Of a stretch of DNA of 64,000 bases, positions 1 through 13,179 are shown piece by piece (positions within the stretch are counted from its first letter, which is position 1; each line of letters opens with the position of its first letter). The translations under genes and the position numbers were made by a program. Below the pieces are notes generated by a model. The model had not been told where the DNA came from. It worked only from the letters and a program-made list of their open reading frames with translations, and ran no database searches. Source of the DNA: Mobula hypostoma (lineage: Eukaryota); the NCBI RefSeq assembly GCF_963921235.1, contig NC_086097.1:146384001-146448000 (forward strand), read 5' to 3'.

Positions 1-857
1 GTGGCTCGAAGGGCTGGAAGGGCCTACTCCGTGCTGTATCATTAAATAAATGAAATACTTACAGTCAAGATCAATGGCATTCTGTACACGTCCTCATACG
101 CAAGGATGAGAGGTTTTAAGAATAGGCTGCAGCACACATTCCAGGAGGTGCAAAGTACAGTTATTACGGGCCTGAAATGATTTTTATCTTGAAGAAGCCC
201 AATAGCATATCTAGTTGAGATGCTGCCTCAGCGTTCCAGTGCTGTCTATGGAGTTTGCACATTCTTGCTATGACTATTCTCCAAGAGTCAAGTAAGTTGC
301 CTTTAGTGTGCAAGAGTGGTAGAATCTGGGTGAAGGGCGGGGGGGGGGGGGAGTGATAGGAATTTAAGGAAGATCGATTACAAGGAAAATTAGTTGCAGA
401 ATAGGATCGCTTTGAGGTAGACTCAAATCAAAAATGTGTAATATAGAACTAAAAAAACTAAATCTTACTCAGAAAAAAAACAAACATTAATTCCATTCTG
501 CATCATTACTTGACAGCTACCCTTTTTTCTATCCTCCATTTGCTTCATCCTTGGAGATCACACAGTGGAACATCAATAACTCCTCCTATTTATATTACCA
601 CATGGATGGATCCTGATGTTTTGGATCCGAGGTTCTTCAGAAGTCAAGAATGAGACACAAAAGTTGCTTACTGCCATTTTAAAAAAAGTTAATCACTAAA
701 AGAACAAATTAAGGGTAATTCCACTGAATTTCCATAGATAACTGTTAACAGAAGATGGCCTCCATTCAAGTAATTTGAAACCTACCATTGAAACCAATAA
801 GTTTCCAGAAAAATACAGAGGAACTGTAACCACTAGAAACCCCACTGAACAATTAGA

Positions 858-1138
858 TTTATTTTATTGAGATACAGCACAGAATAGGCCCTTCTGTCTC
901 TTCAAACTGTGCTGCCCAGCAATCCCCTAATTCAATCTTGGCTGAATCACACAACAATTTTTCAACGACCAATTAACAGTACATCTTTGGACTGTGGGAG
1001 GAAGCCGGAGCACCCGGAGGAAATCCCCGCAGTCACTGGGAAAACGTACAAGCTCCTTACAAGCAGCTGCGGGAATTGAACCTGGGTCACTCATACTGTA
1101 AAGCGTTGTGCTAACCACTACACTACCGTGCTGCCCCA
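858..1138 (-). mobile_element. tRNA-derived V-SINE (HE1-like)
   Basis: Minus strand has A box GGTAGTGTAGTGG, B box GGTTCAATTCC, V-domain TTTCCTCCGGGTGCTCCGGCTTCCTCCCACAGTCCAAAGA and a CR1-like tail GGGCCTATTCTGTGCTGTAT. Confidence 0.85.
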
Positions 1139-2207
1139 GCTGGTAATTATATAAATATAAACAAGCACAAGTTAAATAAACAAGGCAAATAATTATACAG
1201 TACAATCCAACACTATTATTGCAGTCTTCTTACACACAATCACTCCTCCATTTTGAACATACACATTGCGCAATCATGTTTGCTTTTTAGTTCAATAGTG
1301 CAATCCAATCAAATAATATTTTTTCTCTAATGATTGCTGCCCCTTTTCCTCAATTTCAGATCCTCTTTCTTTTACTGAATGTAGAGAGAAAAACGGGTTC
1401 AAGCTTTATCGTTAAACATGGGCATGAAATCAAAATTACCTTTTAATAAGTGCTTCAAATCAGAAGCATTTTAAAATCAAGTGTACTTATTAGTTTTGAT
1501 GACTAGATTCTACAACTTGTATCCCATGCTGACCTTCCATAGCTTAGACATTGCTGGTCTTGGCAAAATCACTGGTCACTTCAATGCACATCATTGCCCC
1601 TACCAACTCTTAACAGCAATATCGATAACAATATGCTGAAGCAGCTCAGGAGGCCATACAGCATCTGTGGAAGGAAATAAATTGTTAGTGCTTCGGGTTG
1701 AAACTCTGTATCAGTACGGGACCTTGCGGGGTTTCTCCAGATTCCAGCATCTGCAGTTCCTTGTGTCTCCCACAATAAAGATAAACTATTTGTATAACGA
1801 TTTCCAGGTAGGAACCAGTCTCATGGTAGCTCATAGGAAGTAAATAAATTCCAACACTAAACCACACAAGAATAAGCTATAGTAGGCCCTGTTAATGCAG
1901 GCAGTTTTAAGTTTAAAAGGAAGGGAGCGAGGTAGAGGTAGGGGATAATAAGTGAAATTCAGAATTCAAAGACCTTTCTAGCACAAGTGTCAAATTGAAT
2001 TGATTAGACTTGCTATTGATAGAGCATGATTACCTTTGGAAGTTCCAAGATGAGACAATTATAGCAATAAGATCAATGTAATGGAAATATATGAAAATGT
2101 GGATAAAACATTTAAATGCACTGTTTATCTAGAAGCCAACACAGATTAAGGGCAACAGAGTGTTGGATGACTATGAATGAGCCATAACATTGTTCATCCA
2201 AAGACTA

Positions 2208-2723
2208 CAGGTTTCCCCCGCTATCTGAAGGTAGAGCGTTCCTAAGGAACCTTTCGTAAGCCGAAATGGCGTAAAGCGAAGAAGCAATTACCACTAATTT
2301 ATATGAGAAAAATTTCTGAGCGTTCCCAGACCCAAAAAATAACCTACCAAATCATACCAAATAACACATAAAACCAAAAATAACACCAACATATAGTAAA
2401 AGCAGGAATGATATGATAAATACACAGCCTATATAAAGTAGAAATAATGTACATACAGTGTAGTTTCACATATCAGAATCGGGAAGATTTGGCCAAAAAC
2501 TGATTTGTAGGGAAAAAACTGGGACGTACACGCATGCCCGCGCAAGGCTTCATGGTCATAGCAGTCTTTCTCGGGGTAAACACAAGTTTAAAGTGGGGGA
2601 CCTTTTTTCGTAAAAGCAAAAATCCTCTTCGGATTCTTTCGGTTAGCGAAAACAGGTACTAATGTAGGTCTCTTGTAAAAGTGAAGTGGCATAAAGCGAT
2701 CTTTCATAAAGCCGGGGCACCTG
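2208..2723. mobile_element. Tigger/pogo-type MITE
   Basis: TA-CAGGTTTCCCCCGCT...AGCCGGGGCACCTG-TA with subterminal TTTCGTAA / CGTAAAGCGAA motifs. Confidence 0.8.
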
Positions 2724-3829
2724 TAATATGTAGTTGGAAATTGTCATATGATATTGGTGTGGATGTGTGATTAAAACCTTCTGATTCCAATGTGGCACCA
2801 AGCTGCTGACATAGGAACACAAGAAATTGGAGGAGTAGGCCAACTGGCCCGTTGTACCCACTCCGCCATTCAGTAAGATGATGGCTAATCTGACCATCGA
2901 CTCGTCTCTACCTACCTGCCTTTTCGCCATAACCCTAACAGTGTGGTTCATATTTATAGTGATGCTGCAAAGATGATTGGAATTGATAGCTGTGGTTGAA
3001 ATCAAATAACTTCTGACCTTCTCAACACTTAGCTGAAGGCTCGTTCATTTCTAAGTGTCAGACAAGTAGTCTGAGGTGAAGTGAGATGGTGGAGAGGTAC
3101 AAGATGGTTTTATTAGTCAGCGTATGAATATGTTTTCTACTCAGATATTCACCTCACCACTGACAATAAACAGGAGCCCAGCCATATTAGAAACACTAAG
3201 TATTGGAATGGAAGCAAAAATGAAAAGCTTTGGTTGCAGATGGACAAATAAGTACAATATCAGGTAGGTACAATGTCATACCAGTGAATGGCATTAGCAA
3301 AGAACAGGGAAGGAATCTTTTACGATCAGTTTGTCAGAAAAAAATTTTAAAAAGTGAAATAATAGGCTCAAAATTAAAATAAAAAAAAATTGACTGGTTT
3401 AAAATACATGGAGGAGCATGAAACTTCCTTGCATTCTGTGTTCCTGAATAAATGATATTATTAAGGAGGAATCTAGAAAATGAAACTCAAATTTAACAAG
3501 TGCATGGGTTTCAATACAAAATTAAGATTCAAGATTCAAGATTCAAAGACTCAAAAAAACTTCATTGTCATTCGAACCATACATTAGCTCTGCAGGGCAG
3601 AATGAGACAGCATTTCTCAGGGGCAGTGAAAAATAGAACATTTTTCACATAGTTAAGCAGAGTTGAATTTCTATTAGCAATTTTTGATTGGGACTATGAA
3701 AACTGTAAACCTCGTTCATAAAGCACCCCAATATAACCATGTTCTCATGATCCATTGTTTTGGTCGGGAAATACTGACTCCTAACAAAGAAGAAAATTCA
3801 CGTTTACAGAGATGCTAATAAATTACAAG

Positions 3830-4590
3830 AGCATTCACTGGTATGGAGCCTCCATTGTACAGAATCGCAAAGAGACTGCAGAGAGCTGTGGATTCAGCCA
3901 GCACCATGATGAGCACAACTGTCCCCACCACTGAGATATCTTCAGGAGGTTGTGCCTCAAGAAGGTGACATCCTTTACTAATGGCATTCACCATCTGGGA
4001 CCTGCCCTCTTGTTACTACCATTGAGGAGGAGTTACAGGCACCTGAAAACTCACACTCAATGATTCAGGAACCACTTCTTCCCTTCCGCCATCAGATATT
4101 TGAATGGTCCATGAGCACTATATCATTATTCCTTTTATCTTGGACTATTTATTTATTTTGTAACTCCTAGTAATAATGTATCTGCTGCAACACAGCAATC
4201 TTCACAGTATATGGTACATGTGTATACAAAATGGTAGGATGCATAGATAAGAGTAGACAGTCAGCGCCTTCTTCCCAGGGTGTTGGTAGCTAATATAAGA
4301 GGGCATCCAAGCGATTGGTGGAAAGTATAGGAGGGATGTCAGAGGTTACTTTTTTTTATATATGAGTGGTAAGTGCATGGAATGATGGGGTGGTGGTAGA
4401 GGCAGATACATTAGGGACATTTAAGATACTCTTCATTAGTCACATGGATAAAAGGAAAATAGAGGGTTATGTGGGAGGGAAGGATTAGACTAAGGTTGGC
4501 ACAATATAGTGGGCCAAAGGGCCTGTACTGTGCAGTACTGTTCTTTGTTCCATGTTCAATTTAAGTCAGTGACAATAAACCAGATTCAAA
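3830..4590 (+). mobile_element. Rex/L2 3' fragment with a nested CR1 tail (about 4240-4560)
   Basis: The LINE tail resumes at about 4560 (GTGACAATAAACCAGATTC) after the CR1 tail GGGCCAAAGGGCCTGTACTGTGC. Confidence 0.65.
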
Positions 4591-5463
4591 TTGTGTAGTG
4601 GTAGAGCAGAAAGCTGAACCTCAGAAGTGATCATTGGAAGATAAAAGGACAAGATCACAAAAAACAGTAAAGTCATTTTCTTTATTCATCCAGGAAGCGT
4701 CTTTCGGATCCAAACCTTATTCCCCAATTTGTCTCCACTCCAAAAATCTATGCTCACTTATCAATGATGAAGTCTGAAAACAGGCCATCTTTTCTTTTAC
4801 AAGTTTGAAAATGTTCCCTTTGCCAGTATTTTAAATGTTTGACTTAATTTAAATACACTTCAATCAATTCTTTAAAACTACAAAACAAAAGTTCATGTCA
4901 AGTCTCTTTCAAACAAGGGTAACATGTCAGTTGGCACCATCTCTAAAGCTTGAAATATTTCTATCTCCAGCAATTTGACTTTTTGACTCATGTTTCACCT
5001 GTCTAAAGCTTCTAAAGATCGTTACAGATTACAAAAAATACATATCAACACAATTTTCCTCTAAGCAACATTACATACCCTATGAATTTTTGGATTTCAC
5101 ATAGCTTTTCTTATTAAGTAGCTGAAATTGCAGCCAGTGCAAATTCTGCCAACTGGTACTGATATGGACTAAGGAGAGTCTGTGTCAAGGTTGCTCAAGG
5201 TGTAGGAGCTAGCATAGAGGTAGGGTGAGAAAGTACATCACATCTAATTATGCAGACATAAAGGAACCACATCCACATAGCAAACAAATTCTGATAATTT
5301 AAGACCAACAACTTTCATGTTCTTAAAGCCAGTTTTCCACCTTTAATATTACTCAGAAATTCAGTAGGTGTTGATTCAAAATGTTGACGTATACCCAACC
5401 AAATAGCCCAGTCTTTCCATGGCCATTGTTGATGCAACAGTCTGAGTCAAAATTAGCTGTCCC

Positions 5464-6989
5464 ATGGCAGAAGGTGGTTAATTCATGTGGAATTAATAAC
5501 ATGTTAAAACTCTTTAGATGGTGTGCATATGATACCGAATTCTTTCCCAACAGAGGAGATAAAAGATTTGAGCTATGGATAAAGAAAGGTCTTACAACCT
5601 ACCTCTCATTTATAGATAAAAGAGTATTACAAAGTTTCCAAATCCTGCAGGACAAACATGGCCTAGAACATGACGACTTTTTTAGGTACCTTCAAATACG
5701 AAACTATGTTAACCAGAGTTGTAGATATACAGACCTATCAACAGTAGAATTAGAATTTTTCAAGATTCTGAATTCGGCTTGCAGTTCAATACCTAGTAAA
5801 TCAGTTTCTCGCCTATATAATGCACTCTCCCATGCTAAAAATGTAAATACACTGTATATTAAAGAGAAGTGGGAGAAAGAAGCGGGGTTGGTACTTTCAG
5901 AGGAGGCTTGGGGGAAAATCTGCTGCTTTCAATGGTCCTCGACCAATTCTTTGACTTGGAGAGAACATTGTTGGAAAAACATTATAAGATACTTCAAGAC
6001 CCCATATCAGGAAAAATATAAAGATACAAATGTGATGTGTTGGAGAAGGTGCGGCTCCAAGGAGGCAAATCATTTTCATATTTTCTGGGATTGCCCTAAA
6101 TTAAGTCTATTTTGGGAAGGTATTCATAGAACATTAGTTAAGGTACCTAGGTCCCAGATACCTCTGAACTTTGACACGCTCTATTTGGGGCATGTATTGT
6201 TCCTTGAACAGAAGGAAGATATAAAGTTGCTGCAGGCCCTCTTAGCAGCAAGTAAGAAATCAATCACTAGAAAATGGCTAAATCCAATACCACCTACATT
6301 AGAAGATTGGTACAAAATTATCTTAGAAATATTTAAAATGGAAAAGTTGACTTACTCCCCGAGAACTCAAAAAGAAACATTTTATCAAATCTGGAATAAA
6401 TGGATTGAATATATAACCCCAATGCGAGCAGACTTTAGATGACTCTCCTAATGATTTATATTGCTCTTCTCATCAACACAGTAATATTGCTAACGTAAGC
6501 ACCCCTAGTCTAAATGTTTGTTTTTTTTTGGAAAATAGAGAATTAACACAAGTAAAGGGAAAGATTTGGGAAAGGGATAAAAAAAAATGAAAAAATTAAG
6601 TAAATAAGTACATAGGGATTGGATAATTATGTCTGCGGGCAGGAACAAGCACAAACAAATTGGGATATAAACACCTACAATGGTTGGTATATAGGCTTGT
6701 ATGCAACATTTTGGACCAGTGGAAATGGTCCAGAAGGGTTGTATGGAAACTATTATTACCATTTTTCTTAACAACTAATTTCATTACTTAGCCTAATAGG
6801 CTAGATTTACCACAGTACATAATTATCTATTTAAATATTTATTTTCCTTTTAAATCATCTCAATGTGTACTTAAGAATGTATAAATAATTGTAGTTTTAT
6901 ACATATAAAAAAATGGAAAAGGTTATATGTGTGAAAAAAGTACATGATAATTGTGAATTCCTTATCCAAATAAAAATAAAATTAAAAAA
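5464..6989 (+). mobile_element. 5'-truncated L1-clade LINE (ORF2 C-terminus, 3' UTR, A-tail)
   Basis: Open frame to 6442 with the CCHC-type CWRRCGSKEANHFHIFWDC motif. AATAAA plus A-tail at about 6968-6990. TSD AAAATTAGCTGTCCC at 5449-5463 and 6990-7004. Confidence 0.9.
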
Positions 6990-7869
6990 AAAATTAGCTG
7001 TCCCTCTTGGAAATTCAACAATGGAGGTGACAGACAGTAATCAAGGTTTTCCTTCTTTCTCTATGCCAGTCTGACTTGCTATTCCGTAAACAGATGGAAA
7101 TATTGTGCAAAGCCCCTATGTGAAGGTTTGAAAATTATATTGATCTGGAAAATGACCTCACCCCTCGAGTTGAAGGAAATAAGGGGAATATGCATAGCTC
7201 ATCTGGGCTGGTAGCTTTTGAAATGACAACTTGTCATGATAAGGCTGAAGTTAAACCAGAAAGATTCACAGTAGTGATCTAACCATCATACCTTGAGTTA
7301 CTTATGGAGCGCGGAAGAATTAACGCATGTTGGCAATTTTTTCACTAAACTCCCTATAACCCTGAAAAAAAATTAGGAGTTTCAATAATAGCACAGTCCA
7401 GAGATATCACAAGATGTTTTAGAACTGGGTTGTTCACTGACCTACTTATAAATAGTGCACTCATATTTACTTGGGAGTCGGCAAATCCTTGAGTCATGGT
7501 ACCTTGAATCTATTAAGTGAGCAACTTGATGCCATAGCTTCTGGTTGACCTTCCTTACTACACACACCCACCCAGACTACTAACATCAACTTCTGCAGAC
7601 ACAAAGAATAATGGGGATTCAGTTGAGATCCATTGTTCCATTTTATAGTGCGGTCTCAATCCCACTAAATCAAATGTTTGGTTTACATCTTTATAGTCAC
7701 AGATGCACAGCATAGAGGAAGGCCTTTCAGTCCACTATCTAAGCTGACCATCACAGCTATCAATACTAATTCCACATGACTACTTATTTCATATCCCTCT
7801 ACGCTTTAACGCATTGAAGCATCTGTCTAGACTACAGGAAGCTCTATGTTGATTCTAATTGGGTTACGG

Positions 7870-8430
7870 AAATTCACCTTTACAAACTTCTACAGATGTA
7901 CTGTTAAAAGCATCTGGTCTAGTATGGCAACGTGAACGTGCCGGAATACAAGAAGATTCAGAGAACAGTGGACCCTGCCCAGTACATCACAGGCACATCC
8001 TTTCCCACCGCTAGCAGTACCTATAGGAGGTGCTGCTTCAAGAAGGCAACATACATCATCTACGGTCCCCATCATCTGGACCATGCCATCTTCTCACAAC
8101 TACTATCAAGCCAGGAGGTACAAAAGTCTGAAGTTCCAAACCACCAAATTCAAGAACAGCTACTTCCCTTCAACCATTCAGTTCTTGAACCAAACAGCAA
8201 AACCATAATCACTACAGATTAGCAACAGTATGACCACTTTGAACTAATATGGATTTTGCTTATTTGTTCTAATAGTGTTTTCTTGTAAAAAAAATGTATA
8301 ATTTATGTTTTTCTTGTGAATTCTGTTTATATATATTATGTGCCTGTGATGCTACTGCAATTAAAATTTTAATTGGACATGTAGATAGATAGATAGATAT
8401 ATGCATATGACAAATAATTTGACTTAGCAC
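7870..8430 (+). mobile_element. Rex/L2-type LINE 3' fragment
   Basis: Same 3' block as about 3830-4200 and 27560-28200 (DPHHP-like region, GAACAGCTACTTCCC). Confidence 0.7.
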
Positions 8431-9549
8431 TTACAAATTTTTTGTGCGAGAGAGAAATTAAACAATGCAAAATGAATAAACCATCCATATTTATTTTTTC
8501 TACTCTCATTTCTAGATATTATGCATAAAGTGGATTCAACCCTGAAGTGCAATATCAATTTTGCTATAAAGCAGTCTTTTCTTAAAACACATGTACATAA
8601 ACATGTGTATTCCTATGTAAAGCAGTAGATTCCTCTCACTTTTAGAAATTGTTCTTTCTCATCATTTTTGTGTTTTTGCCGTCACTGACTACAATATAGT
8701 ATTATGGTACAATAATTTTCATACATTTTGGGATTGTGGGTAAATGATAAATCGTCACACTACTGCTAGCTTATCACATATTTTGACTCATCATTAAGGT
8801 ACTTTCAAACAACAAATACAAAAAAAAATCCCTGTTCATTAAAATTCAATTTTACAATGTCATAAACTCAAACAAAGAAAACCTTGATTAAATGTTGCAC
8901 CCAAAGAACAGACAATGCAGCACAATCTGTTAACTTTTTAAAGCCACGACCTAAAGCTTACAGCTAAGATAACTGGGTCAAATTCCATTCTTTGATTGAA
9001 GCATGAGACTACCACAAAACCAAGTAACAAAAGGAACAGGAAGATAAGAAGCATGACCAGGACAGATGGCGATATCTCCCTAACCAATTTCTATATTCTG
9101 CAATAGTCCAAAGTATGGAGCAAATGTAAATTGAGAGATTATTCCAAATATAAATAAAATGTTGGAAATCTATAAATGGACCATTTATTCTTTTATCTCA
9201 ACATGTTCAAAATAAATTAGCCATGTACACAGCAAACAACCCATCCAAAAATCTCCTAAATTGCACTGTGGGCTCTTGCAGACCTTACCCCATAAAATAA
9301 AAAAACCCAGAATGCCCCAACACAAAAATCTCCAAACGTCAAAAAAAAAAGCAAGACCACCTCACCGGAAAATAATCTAGCCCACCCTGCTGCGAAAAAT
9401 ATTCCTCCAAATCAAAGTGCACAAACTTCAATAAAATGACTTCCTAATCTTACACTTCAAAACTAGCAAGTACAGCCTTAGTCTGTGGAAGACTAATCAT
9501 AGGACACTCCAGACATCTTAAGATTCAGTCTTCATTTGTTATTCCATGA

Positions 9550-10520
9550 ATATCCTTCTATGGACCTGTACGCAATACTGAGGCTGCCATTTCACCAGGG
9601 CCCAATTTAATTGCAATAGCATGTCTTTACTCTTATATTCAAATTCTATTTTGTATTTTCTTGATTCAAGGAGACGACTCCACATTTTCTATACTTCCCT
9701 ATCTTCCACATCTTTACTCATTCAGCTCGGCTATCTCCATTCCTTTGAAGACTCTTTGCATTCTCCCCATAACTTTTACTGTAAGCTCAGCAAGTTATGA
9801 ATATATTACACTAGGTCTCCTCATCCAAACAGCTGAATAGATTGTGAACAGCTAGGGTCCAGTCACTGATCCCCAAAGCATTCCATTAATCACAGTCTCC
9901 CAACCTAAAAATGACCCAATTAAATTTTTTGTTCTTATCTTAATTGCCTCAATCCATAACAATACATTACCCTCATCACATGTGCCCAAAACTTTGCTTA
10001 ATAACTTACAGTTTGGCACATTCATCAAAAGTATTCTAGAGGTCCAAAGACATAACACCCACTTATTTATTCTTCCATTTACATGTTCAAAAACTCCGGC
10101 AGTTAATCAACAATTTTCTTTTCATAAATTCATGTTAACTTCCTGCACTTACAAATAATAGGATCAGGCACAGTTCTGTTGCAGCTGTACAAAACTCTGG
10201 TCAGGCCACATCATCAAGAGTACTTCATTCATTTCTGGTTGCTCCATTACAGGCAGGACATGGGGATGATGGAGAGGGATCAGAACAGGTCTACAAGGAT
10301 ACTGGATCGATTAGAAGGCATGTACTATGAGGAGAGCTGGGTTGTTTAGTCTGAAGTGGCAGAGGCCAAAACAGAAATTCATAAAATTAAATGCATAAAT
10401 TTTGATAGGCACATGAATATACAGAGAATAGAAGAATAATGAAATAGAAGGACTATCTGCAGGCTTAAATAGTTCAGCATAACCTTCTGGGTTGAAAGGC
10501 TTGTTGCATGTTCCACTGTT
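9550..10520. mobile_element. Two old CR1 fragments in opposite orientations
   Basis: Minus fragment at about 9550-10130 (GSVTGP) and plus fragment at about 10160-10520 (CTGTACAAAACTCTGGTCAGGCCACA). Confidence 0.65.
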
Positions 10521-11154
10521 ACTTCCATAATAATCTAGCATTCCTCCTACTACTGCCAGGCTAAAATAGCATCAATTATCCTCGTTATCTCTGATGCTCA
10601 TCTTTCTGGAAAACTGATACAAAATATATTAATTTTGTTTTCAAACTATTCAACATATGAAATTCTCAAAGGTTTTATTGCAATAAAGTGAAATCATTCT
10701 ACATTTAAGCACATTTTTTCTATGCTACAGATGACTAAATCAGTTAAAAGAAATAAAATCTGGATTTGTCAAGTCTGGAATTCCCATTTTTCTTAACTTT
10801 GTATCCACTATATAGCAAAACTGCTCTTGAAAAATCCTTCATTATTTACATGCTCAGCCTTTCATTTTGTCATCTCAATTCATGGAAGCCTGAAAAGGTA
10901 AAATAATGGAAATGTATAACAATGGGAAAGATCAGTAGTGAGCTACAAAAGCTGTGTCTATTTTAGACAATGGAAAATTTATTTCTAGTCTCTTTTACTT
11001 TTTTTGATACAGTTTATGAATACTTGTTTTGAACTTTCCTTTCAATAGTTAGGATTTTACAAGTAACATGTATAACTGTTCTAAACTATGCAATAGTTTT
11101 TAGTCCCAACACAACCATCCCATCCAACGTCTGGAATGAAGGCTCTTAAGTTAC

Positions 11155-11267
11155 CAGAAGTTCATCCATGCTGGTCTGACATTTTTCCAGATTGATGCGT
11201 TTGATTGCAACTCGTTCCTTCTTTGGGATGCAGTAGGCAGCCTGAACCACAGCTGTGGCTCCACTAC
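11155..11267 (-). CDS. OXSR1: OXSR1 coding exon 2 (kinase Gly-rich loop and VAIK lysine)
   Basis: Acceptor ttattccag, then GT AGT GGA GCC... = (G)[37 protein letters not shown], then donor gtaact at 11154. The exon is 113 nt; 70+113=183 nt joins in frame with exon 1. Not in the ORF track. Confidence 0.95.
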
Positions 11268-11765
11268 CTGGAATAACAACAAAAAGAATACACCTTCAAC
11301 AAAAGCACTAATTTTATACCCTAAACAATTATTTTACAAATCTTTCTGCGTGGAACATCCTCCAACAAATATTAACAGTTGCCCCAAAGATCTTCAAAAT
11401 ACAGTTAATTGGGCCGTTGCAAACTGGGGCAGCTTTTAAAGAACAAAAACTAAATTGTGAACCCCGGCCAGTTTCTCTTCATTTTTTTGGGACATTATGT
11501 CACTTAACTGGAATAGGAGACTGTTCCTGAACAGTTTCTAACTAGCACCACATACACTTGCTTGGCCATTAAACATTACACTGTACTTAGTGATCAGTTT
11601 TTAAAATAACGGCAATTGCATGTGTTTGCATTCAAAAAGCAATGATTTTTGTCACTGATAGTTAGCGAGAAATAAGCAGAGAGGGAATTCAAACTGATTT
11701 GTTCACTGTGATTCCAAGCATTCAGGCTTGGAAATGCCAGAAACAGCCAGGAGTGAAAATGAAAC

Positions 11766-12025
11766 TAAGGGGTGATTGATAAGTTCGTATAGTCCCCTCT
11801 TACATTTACGCACTTAGTCCAGCGGTCGAGGAGCATACGGCGTCTTGAGCCTCCAGAAAGTGGTCCACAGCGGGGGTGTTTGATAAGTTCATAGCCGAAG
11901 GTAGAAGGCAATGAATTATTAACTTCAAACTTTCTGCATTATCACTTGTTGAACTACACATGCATGTAACAAGAGCTGTATAACTCATCTCCTTCTACCA
12001 TAGGCCACGAACTTATCATCCTGTA
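11766..12025. mobile_element. Mariner-type MITE
   Basis: GGGGTGATTGATAAGTTC occurs twice and is inverted at the right end (GAACTTATCATC); same family as 62490-62672. Confidence 0.65.
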
Positions 12026-12049
12026 CTTTTAGCTCAGATTTCCAGAAAA

Positions 12050-12072
12050 ACACACACACACACACACACACA
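12050..12072. repeat. (CA)n microsatellite
   Basis: Directly visible; expanded from the ACACACA motif of the Penelope terminal repeat. Confidence 0.9.
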
Positions 12073-12189
12073 GGCAGCATAGTTGACATTTCTGGCAGAG
12101 ACCCTTTATCAGCACTGGAAAGGAAGTGGGGGGGGGGGGAAGATGTCAGAATAAGACATATGGGGGAGGGAAAGTAGTACAAGCTAGAA

Positions 12190-12622
12190 CAGTAGCCCCC
12201 AACCACCAGGCCTCAAAGCATGTGCTACTGAGCCGTGAGGAAACCATATGATTTCGTGATATGAAACAATACGAGTCAGCTGCACCTTTCCTCATTCCCT
12301 GTCACGCACTGTTGAACTTGAAATAACCTACCAAATCATACCAAATAACACATAAAACCTAAAATAGCACTAACATATAGTGAAAGCAGGAATGATGTGT
12401 CAAATACACAGCCTATATAAAGTAGAAATAATGTATGTGCAGTGTAGTTTCACTTAATAGAATCAGGAAGATTAAGCCAAAACCGATTTGCAGAAAAAAA
12501 ATCAGCACGTAGACACATGCATGTCATACATGCGCACACAGGTGCCCGCGCAAGGCTTCATGTCTTTCTCAGGGTAAACGCAAGTGTCCCGTATTTGGGA
12601 GTGAGAAAGTTGGCAACCCTAC
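12190..12622. mobile_element. Composite non-autonomous DNA element
   Basis: 12323-12580 matches 2337-2585, but the ends are hAT-like (CAGTAGCCCCCAACC; GTTGGCAACCCTA). Confidence 0.6.
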
Positions 12623-12975
12623 TTGATGTACTGGATGCAGAGGCTCATGGGATGGTAGATGAAACAGCTTGGAGGAGCAACACCTCATTCCTTCTGGGTA
12701 GCCTCCAAGCTGATGACAAAAACACCAATTTCTCTAATTTGCAGCAATTTATTCCCCCCGCCCCCAGCCCCTCTCTTACCTCTTCTTTCCTGCCCATCAC
12801 ATTCCCTGGTGCCCCTCCTTCCATTTCTCCCATCACCCATTATCCGATTACTCCTCCAAACCTTTATCTTTTGCACCTATCACCTCCCAGCTTCCTACTT
12901 CATTTCCCTTCCCCCCCCCAACCTGGCTTCACCTATCACCTTCTAGCATGTAGTCCCTCCCCTCCCCTTCTTTTC

Positions 12976-13013
12976 CAGTTCTGATGAGGGGCCATGGGCA
13001 GAAATATCAACTG
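12976..13013 (+). ncRNA. Diverged hammerhead motif in a Penelope terminal repeat
   Basis: CAGTT-CTGATGA-GGGGCCATGGGCA-GAAAT-ATC-AACTG. Stem I is 5 bp and the core is retained, but the base of stem II is mismatched. Confidence 0.55.
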
Positions 13014-13179
13014 TTTATTCATTTCCAAAGATCCTGCCTGATCTGCAGAGTTCGTCCAGCATTTTGCATGTGTTGTTCTGGATTTCCAGCATCTGCAGAA
13101 TCTAGTGTTTATGTTTTGTTTTTCTATGTTCCTTTTGAGAAGTGACTAATGTTAGCAAGATCATATTTATTATTTATTC

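Larger units (their letters stand above)
12050..13110. mobile_element. Penelope 3' fragments in inverted arrangement, with a DNA-transposon insert in the middle
   Basis: Minus-oriented arm at about 12050-12190 and plus-oriented arm at about 12625-13110 (gaggagcaacacctc...ggtagcctccaa, hammerhead motif, gcatctgcagaatc). Confidence 0.7.

Noticed and set aside
1060..1138. tRNA gene
   Set aside because: The A/B boxes belong to a SINE head followed by a V-domain and LINE tail.
5381..6442. 353-aa ORF as a host gene
   Set aside because: It is the C-terminus of an L1 ORF2 bounded by TSDs, with a start borrowed from flanking DNA.
1..11154. OXSR1 exon 3 (KEIQAMSQC...) inside the window
   Set aside because: No matching sequence found by eye; probably beyond position 1. 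TBLASTN would settle this.
12081..12116. Active sense-strand hammerhead near exon 2
   Set aside because: The core reads CTGATAA (conserved G lost) and stem II is damaged.
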